NCBI GenBank assembly: GCA_963833225.1
Contig: CAWHXD010000017.1
Location: 328,955 to 392,954, forward strand
Source of the DNA: an uncultured Chloroflexia bacterium
GTDB lineage: Bacteria > Chloroflexota > Limnocylindria > Limnocylindrales > CSP1-4
DNA: 64,000 nucleotides
Direction: 5' to 3'
Position numbers and translations under genes: made by a program. Shown here one piece after another: positions 57,290 through 64,000 of this stretch (within the stretch, counting starts at the first letter, position 1; every line of letters starts with the position of its first letter). The notes beneath the pieces were generated by a model, which saw nothing but the letters and a program-made list of their open reading frames with translations, was not told the origin of the DNA and ran no database searches.

Positions 57290-57364
57290 TGGCGCGTGGC
57301 TCAACGGTAGAGCACCTGACTCTGGATCAGGGGGTTCTAGGTTCGAATCCTAGCGCGCCAGCCA
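57290..57364 (+). tRNA. tRNA-Gln (CTG)
   Basis: Cloverleaf TGGCGCG..; anticodon arm CCTGA-CT-CTG-GA-TCAGG; T arm GGTTCGAATCC; encoded CCA. Confidence 0.98.
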
Positions 57365-57740
57365 ACACACTACCTGTGGTGCAGCCAACCGCGGCCTGAC
57401 CACCAGATGTTGTGGTTTCGATCCCCCTCGGACGACCCGCCGAGGAGGTCGATCGATGGCCAGTTCGCCTGACTCCTACCCCGTTTCTTCGCCTGACTCA
57501 AGGCGGAATCCGCGCGCTTCGCTTGATTCTGTTGCGCCTGATCGCTTATCAGGCGCCGATCCGCTCGCCGTGGGCCTCGGCGCCGCGGTCGAGCTGTTCC
57601 TCGCCGCCAAGGCCGCCGAGGGCGCGTCGCCGCGGACGATCGAGTGGTACCGGATGATCAATGGCCGCGCCGTGCGCCGGTTCGGCCCCGACCGGCCGCT
57701 CGACCGGGTCGGGGCGCCCGAGCTGCGCGCCTGGCTGCTA

Positions 57741-58874
57741 GGCGAACAGCCCCCGAGATGTAGCGACGCATCTCGGTCATCGTGGCCTCATCTTGCGGGC
57801 ACCGATCGAGGCCTCGAGCGGCGTCCGACCCCGGGTGAGCCGTCCGGTGTGGGCCGCTCCTCGTTGTAGAAACGCAGGTAGCCCGCGAGATCGCGCGTGA
57901 GCCCGGTGAGCTTGGGCACGAGGCTCCGGGCGAACGATGGCCGCCAGCACTCCTCGAGGATGGTGCGCTGCACCCGCTCGACCGCGCCGTTGGTCGCGGG
58001 GCGACCGGCGTGGATGAAGGTCTGGGAGGCCCCGAGCTCGCGCAGGGTGTCGCCGAACGTCTGGCTGCGGAACTCGCTGCCATTGTCGGAGAGCACGCGC
58101 TCGAGGCGCCAGCCGGCGGCCGCGAGATCGGCCGCCACCCGCCGGGCGAGGGCCGAGGTCTTCCGGGCGACGGGTTGAGCGGGCGTGGTGGCAGCTCGGC
58201 CCAGACGTAGCTGTGGCGAGGTCGATCGCGGTGTACTGCCACACCCGTCCGGTCGTGCCCGCGAGCCGGCCCACGTGGAAGCAGTCGAAGCCCACGAGCT
58301 CGCCCGGGTGGTCGACCGCGACGTGGCGCGCCTCGGGCGGGTCGGCCGCTCGGGCTCGGGCGGTGCCGCATACCCGGCCACGAGCGACAGGCGGCTGATC
58401 CGCCGGGACAGGCCATGGCGGCGCAGGACCCGCCAGACGCCGTTGGGGCTGAGGACGATGCCACCCCAGCGCGCCTGGGCGAGGGTGGCGCTGATCCGTC
58501 GGGCCCGAGCCCTGGATGGCCCAGGGCGAACGCGATCACCCGCTGCTCGGTGAGCTGGCTCGTCTGGTTGGGCATCCGTGGTGGCCGGCGCTCCCGCGGT
58601 CGGAGCATCTCGAGCCCCGAGCGGAGCACCGGACCCCGCCAGCGGTAGTAGGTCGAGGGGTGGACCCCGAAGATCCGGCAGGCCGCCCGGACGTTGCCCA
58701 GCTCCGCGGCCAGGCTGAACAGCCGCAGGCGGAACCCATAGAGGACGTCATCATCGACCACGGCGCCGCGCCTCCTGCTCATCGCTTCAGACACGACAAG
58801 CATGGGGTTGCGGCGCCACCTGTCACCCGGTCAGGCGGGCACCAGGTGTCGGGAGATCTTGGAGACTGTTCATG
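57741..58874 (-). mobile_element. IS481-family insertion sequence (~1.13 kb)
   Basis: Imperfect terminal inverted repeats (GAACAG.C.CC.AGAT), flanking TA/TAG duplication; removal restores the integrase frame at the junction. Confidence 0.9.
57777..58761 (-). CDS. IS481-family DDE transposase (several frameshifts)
   Basis: HTH NVRAACRIFGVHPSTYYRW; PGELVGFD, TAID, SDNGSEF, TNGAVER, YNEER spread over three frames; AGGAGG RBS. Confidence 0.88.
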
Positions 58875-59693
58875 TAGAGCTGCGCGCGACGCTCTCCCCG
58901 AGTCGATCGCCGGCTACGTCCGGGGCCTGAAGGCGTTCGGCAACTGGTGCGCGGCAGAGGAGCTGGGCACCGCCGCGGGCTTCCGGGCGCTCCGGCGGCC
59001 GCGCGTCCCCGCACCGGCTCATCGCCCCGTTCACCGACGCCGAGCTGCAGCGGCTGCTCGCCCTCGCCGAGCCCCGCGAGCGCGCCCTCGTCCTGCTCCT
59101 GGTCGACACCGGACTGCGGCTGGCCGAGGTGACGGGGCTCCAGGTCGGCGACCTGCGGCCCGACGGCACGATCCGGGTCATGGGCAAGGGATCGAAGGAG
59201 CGGATCGTGCCCCTCGGCGCGACCGCCCGCCGGGCGCTCCTCCGCTACGTCGCCGAGCGCGGCGCCGCCCGAGCGGCCGACCCGCTGTTCATGGGCCGCC
59301 GGGGCGTGCCGCTCTGTCGGAAGAGCATCCACGCGGCAATCGCGAGCCTCGGGCGGCGCGCGGGCGTCACCACCCGCTGCAGCCCCCACACCTTCCGCCA
59401 CACGTTCGCCCGCAGCTACCTCGTCAACGGCGGCGATGTGTTCAGCCTGCAGCAGATCCTGGGCCACACCACGCTCGACATGGTCCGCCGCTACGTCAGC
59501 CTGACCGAGGCCGACCTCGTTGCGCGGCATCGGTCAGGCTCGCCGGCCGACCGGCTGGCGCGGGGCCGCACGGCGTGACGGCCGAGGCCGCACGCGGCGC
59601 AGAGCCGCGATGGTCCGGCGTCAGGCGAGCCGGTATCGGCACCCGTGCGCCGCCGCCTACAGGCGGTCGACGGGCGAGACCCGCCGGTGCCTC

Positions 59694-60808
59694 CTACCCG
59701 CCCGGTGCCGGCACGCTCGTCCGCAGGTCCGGGTCTGGCAACAGGATGTCGCGGATGGCCGCCAGCAGGTCGTGGTAGGAGGCGGTGAACGCGCGGAGCG
59801 TCCGGACGGTCGCACCGTACCGATCGAACTCGGCCGGCGCGAGCCCGACGCGGCCATAGGCCCGGCCGAAGTCCGGGATCTGGTCCATCAGCTCGGCGAT
59901 GATCGCGGGGTCCACGGGCACTTGCATCCGGGGCTCCGGGACGACGCCGCTCCGCTCGAACCGCTCCTGCCATGCCGGCGTGATCGTCATCGCGACGTCG
60001 CCGCCCACGAGTTCCGTCCAGTGGAGCGGGTGGCGATAGGCGGCGGCGAGGAGCCGCGACCGGTAGCCGCGCTCCCGGAAGATGTCGTAGGTGCGCTTGA
60101 AGACGGCGATGCCTGCCCAGTTTGGCGCCGCCGGGTCGACAGCCAGAGCCCGTCCCGCTCGATCAGGACCTTCATCCAATCGTCCAGCCTGCCAATCATG
60201 AGCACAGCGATCGGGTCCATCGTCGACACGTCTTCGCCGTCGGCTTCCCGTCGCCGCAGGCCTCTCTCCGCCGCCTCGGCCGCGGCGATCGCCTGGGAGA
60301 CGGTGAACGCGACGGTCGCGGTCGTGTTCACGCCGCGGGCCGTCGCCTCCTCGATACCTGCGATGCCGGCCGCAGTCGCCGGGAACTTCACCTGGATGTT
60401 CGGGGCGAGCGCGGCGAGACGGACGGCCTGTTCGGTCATCCGCGAAGCGTCCCGGTGGTTTGCCGGGTTCACCTGCACGGACAGGCGACCCTTCCTGCCG
60501 CCGTGCGCCTCGAAGACCGGCTGGAGCACCGCGGCACCGCGGACCGCCATCTCCTCAACGACCGCCCAGGCGAGCTCGACCTCCGACCAGGTCGGGACGG
60601 TGGCCGCCAGCTCCCGGACGCGGGGCACCCAGTACCCCCGGTCCTTCCGCATGACCTCGAGCACGATGCTCGGGTTGGATGTCGCGCCCGTTGCCCCTCG
60701 CTCCACGGCGGACGCGAGCTCAGCGACATCGCACGAGTCGTTCCACCAGTCGGTCGGCGTCTCCCGGGTCATCCGGAGGAGGGCACTCTCTGCCCCGGTC
60801 TCGGTCAT
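59694..60808 (-). CDS. Transaldolase-family protein (frameshift near 60145)
   Basis: WNDS, GATSNP, QVKFP (Schiff-base Lys), MIGRLDD, AAAYR. Confidence 0.85.
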
Positions 60809-61728
60809 GCCTGTCCACCGGCTCCGGCTGGGGCATCGGCGACGCGGAAGCCCGCGAGGTCCTCGACAACCGTGAGCAGGCCCGAGTGGTCGTAGTCGGC
60901 ACGTCCGGCGGCGGCTGCGGCCCGCATGAGCTGTTCGACGATGGCCGCAGCGGGCAACGCGACCTGGATCTCACCACCGAGCTCCATCGCGTTCTTGAGG
61001 TCCTTCTGGTGCAGCCGGATCCGGAACCCGGGATCGAAGTGGCCCGTCAGCATGTTTTCCCGACGCAGTTCGAGGACCTTCGTTGAGGCGAGCCCGCCCT
61101 GGAGGACGTCGGCGATCTTGGCGGGATCCACCCCGGCCTTTGCACCCAGCACGAGGGCTTCCGACACCGCCTCGATCACGACGGCGACGACGACCTGGTT
61201 GCAGACCTTGACGACTTGGCCCGCGCCCGCAGGCCCGACGTGAACGATCGTCTTGCCCATCGCCGAGAGGATCGGCAGGGCCCGGTCAAACCCGGCATCC
61301 GTCCCGCCGACCATGATCGAGAGGGTGCCCGCGATCGCGCCCTTGTCGCCGCCGCTCACCGGGGCATCGAGGATCTCCGCTCCGCCCTCCGCGGCGCGGG
61401 TCGCGATCTCGCGCGCAGTCGCGGGCGCGATCGAGCTCATGTCGATCGCCAGCCATCCCGGTCGCAGCGCCTCGAGTGCGCCGTCGGGACCGAGGTAGAC
61501 CTCGCGCACCTGGGGCGAATCTGGGAGCATCGTGACGAGGACGTCGGTCGCCTCCGCGACGCCCCGCGGCGTGGTCCCGGCGGTCGCACCGTCCGCCACG
61601 AGCGCGTCCACGCCGGCGCGGTCGACGTCATGCACCACGAGCGGGTAGCCGGCACGCAGCAGGTTGCGGGCCATCGGCCGACCCATGATCCCCAGGCCGA
61701 TGAGGCCGATCGAAGGCGTCGTTTCCAT
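60805..61728 (-). CDS. garR: 2-hydroxy-3-oxopropionate (tartronate semialdehyde) reductase
   Basis: GLIGLGIMG, MLPDSPQV, DAPVSGG, GQVVKVCNQ, PGFRIRLHQKDL. Confidence 0.88.
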   Translation of the reverse strand: METTPSIGLIGLGIMGRPMARNLLRAGYPLVVHDVDRAGVDALVADGATAGTTPRGVAEATDVLVTMLPDSPQVREVYLGPDGALEALRPGWLAIDMSSIAPATAREIATRAAEGGAEILDAPVSGGDKGAIAGTLSIMVGGTDAGFDRALPILSAMGKTIVHVGPAGAGQVVKVCNQVVVAVVIEAVSEALVLGAKAGVDPAKIADVLQGGLASTKVLELRRENMLTGHFDPGFRIRLHQKDLKNAMELGGEIQVALPAAAIVEQLMRAAAAAGRADYDHSGLLTVVEDLAGFRVADAPAGAGGQA

Positions 61729-61799
61729 CGTGTGTCCTTTCCGTGCGGGTGGCTCGGTGAGTGTCGGCGGATGCCTCCGCGAGGGCGAGGCCACGCGGC

Positions 61800-62611
61800 T
61801 CAGGCCCGGCGCGAGAGGTCCCCGCCTAGGTGCGCGACGCAGCCGAAGTCCGGCGCGGCGGGATCGAGCGGGTTGAATTCGAGCCGACCGCCCCCGCGTA
61901 GCCCGCCCGGTCCAGCGCTTCGAGGATGGCCGGGAAAGGCAGCGTCCCGGTGCCAGGCTCGTGGCGCCCGGGCATGTCCGCGAGTTGGACGTGGCCGATG
62001 TGCGGGCCGGCTCGCCGGATCGACTCGATCGGGTCCTCACCGGCCATCGCCACGTGGTAGACGTCGAGCTGGAACGCGACATTGGGACGGCCCACACGCT
62101 CGATCATGTCGAGCACGTCGTCCGTCCCATGCAGCAGATAGCGTGGTGTGTCGGTTCGGTTGAGCGCCTCAAGCAGGACGCGCATCCCGGCAGCCGCCGC
62201 CGCGTCCGCCGCGAACGCCACGCTCTCCGCGAGCAGGTCGAGCTGCGCCGGCCGGTCCGCGTCGCTGATCGCGTTGCCCGCAAGCGCGTTGAGGTTGCTG
62301 CAGCCGAGACGCCTCGCCAGGTCGATCGCGACCGGTACGTTGGCGCGGAAGTCGGCGGAGCGAGCCGGATCCCCTGCGAGCCCGCGGTCACCCGCCTTCA
62401 TGTCGCCCGCGGCGAAATTGAGCAGCACGGTCTCCAACCTGGTCCTCTGTGCAGCGGACTCGATGTCGTCGACAGTCACGCCGGCTGCGAGCGAGTCCGC
62501 CGGCCACCACGTCTCGATCGCGCCGAACCCCGCGTCGGCGGCGGCGCCAAAACGGTCCATGTACGCGAGGGTCGGAAAGAGGATCGAGATGTTCGCCGCG
62601 AACGTTCTCAC
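61800..62611 (-). CDS. hyi: Hydroxypyruvate isomerase family protein (frameshift near 61884)
   Basis: FAANISILF, EALN, DVYH, HVQLADMPGRHEPGTG, GYAGAVG then shifted LEFNP. Confidence 0.88.
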
Positions 62612-62711
62612 GGGTGCCTCCAGCTGCGCGTGCCGTGTGGGAATCCTGATCATGCGGTCCATCGCTGCGGGGAGTCCTCGAGAGGCCCACGGTGGGTCGC
62701 GCCATCCTCGG

Positions 62712-63604
62712 TCATCCGGCGAAGGAGATCGGCGGCAGGCCGCGAACGCCGGGCCGGCACCGGAAGAGGCCGCCTGCCTGCGGCTCGCGCGCGAAGTCCC
62801 CCGGAGCGAAATCCTCGTGCGCCGTCGTGATGTACAGGTCGCCGAGGTCGTCGCCGCCGAACGTGCAGCTGGTCACCTGCGAGACGGGAAGGTCGATGCG
62901 ACCGACGACCTTCCCGTCCGGAGTGACCCGGACGACACACCCGGCGCCCCATCGCGCGACCCAGAGGTGCCCCTCCGCGTCCACGGTCAACCCGTCCGGG
63001 ACCGTCCCGTCGTCGGCGAAGCGAACGAGGGGTTGCCCCTCGCCCATCGCTGCCGTAGCCGGGTCGTAGGGATATTCGCGCACCTCGCACCAGGCAGAGT
63101 CAAGGAAGTACATCCGTCGCCCGTCGAGGCTCCAGCCCAGACCGTTGGGGATCGCCAGGCCGGACATGCGCGTGACCATCGAAAGGTCCGGATCGACCTG
63201 CAGCAGCGAACCTTCGCCCGCCGCACCGTCCATCGTCATCCGTCCCACCCAGAACCTGCCGCCCGGGTCGCACTTGCCGTCGTTGCAGCGGAGTTGACGA
63301 CCGTCGCCGGTGGTGAACGGGGCGAGGCTCTCCACCCGCCCGGTGTCGGGGTCCAGCGTCGCCAAGCTCGTCGGCGAGCGCAGCCAGAAGCCCGCCGTCG
63401 CGCCGGAGTGCGACGGCGCCGACCGCGGCGCCCACCGGGAGCGTGCGATCCGACCCGTCCCGAGGGTCGTGCCGGTGCACGACCCCGGCGGTGATGTCCA
63501 CCCACCAGAGGATGCCCGCGGGTCGCGTCCCAGACCGGGCCCTCGCCCACGGCAGCACCGGCGTCCACCACGAGCTCGAGCGTCGCCTGGCCGTCGGTCT
63601 TCAT
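62712..63604 (-). CDS. SMP-30/gluconolactonase family protein (two frameshifts)
   Basis: GEGPVWD, WVDI, CNDGKCDPGGRFW, PNGLGWS, PDGLTVD, TSCTFGG. Confidence 0.9.
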
Positions 63605-63617
63605 GGTGCGTGCCCGC

Positions 63618-64000
63618 TCATGCTGGCTCGATCGTCTCGTCGGGACGGTCCTCGTTCGGGGCCACCGACGCAAGCAACAAGAGTGGCTGGCCGTCGGGGA
63701 CGCGGATGACGTGGCGGACACCGCGTCGCGCGAACATGAAGTCGCCCGGGCCCACCTCACGCTCGGGCTCGTCGCCGATCGTGAACATGGCCCGGCCGCG
63801 GATCACGCGGAAGATCTCCTCAGCCGACGGGTGCACATGAGGTACTGTCGCGAAGCCGGCCGGCCAGTGCAGCAGGAGGACGCGCAAGCCGGGCGTGCCC
63901 ACGAGACACGCGCGCCAAGGCGGAGGACCGAGGTCGGCCGCGAGGGCATCGAGATTCAGGAACGAACGGTTGAACGCCTCGCGGTCTGCGACGTACGGCA
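63618..64000 (-). CDS. Cupin domain protein (start at or just beyond window edge)
   Basis: HVHPSAEE..GVRH metal-binding cupin motifs; frame open to window end. Confidence 0.85.
   Translation of the reverse strand, partial: PYVADREAFNRSFLNLDALAADLGPPPWRACLVGTPGLRVLLLHWPAGFATVPHVHPSAEEIFRVIRGRAMFTIGDEPEREVGPGDFMFARRGVRHVIRVPDGQPLLLLASVAPNEDRPDETIEPA

Larger units (their letters stand above)
57456..59578 (+). pseudogene. Tyrosine recombinase/integrase interrupted by an IS481-family element
   Basis: N part GASPRTIEWY..ELRAWLL rejoins ELRATL..YVRGLKAF; DTGLR, GKGSKER, HTFRH, LGH..Y; extra indels near 58900 and 59010. Confidence 0.9.

Noticed and set aside
57456-64000. Prophage at tRNA-Gln
   Set aside because: No phage structural, replication or lysis genes follow the integrase; the cargo is metabolic.

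Overview
High-GC bacterial window; gene content and protein style suggest Chloroflexota, possibly Limnocylindria (inference, not tested). In order it holds: an ABC transporter/MoxR/DUF58/vWA operon; secreted proteins and a sortase-like gene; a SufR-like regulator; a 2-oxoacid dehydrogenase operon (lpd, E1a, E1b, E2, lipA, deaminase); a zinc-ribbon protein; glpD, nnrE, mutY and the AmmeMemoRadiSam trio; an LLM oxidoreductase; a heme operon (BldC-like regulator, hemA, hemC-D, hemB, hemL, hemE, hemH, radical SAM, hemY); a TPP riboswitch with thiY/thiX; hydrolases; a PhoP/PhoR-like two-component system with TCACAGC boxes; metY-metX; a vapBC pair; tRNA-Gln(CTG) followed by an IS481-interrupted tyrosine integrase and a sugar-acid catabolic cluster. 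About ten genes carry short indels that look like long-read errors. The best leads are: (1) an unannotated Met-Cys-Met leader peptide with attenuator hairpins upstream of metY-metX; (2) a coproporphyrin-type heme operon with a radical SAM in place of ChdC, headed by a BldC-like regulator with direct repeats; (3) an atypical transaldolase-family enzyme clustered with hyi, garR and a lactonase; (4) two intergenic repeat arrays.
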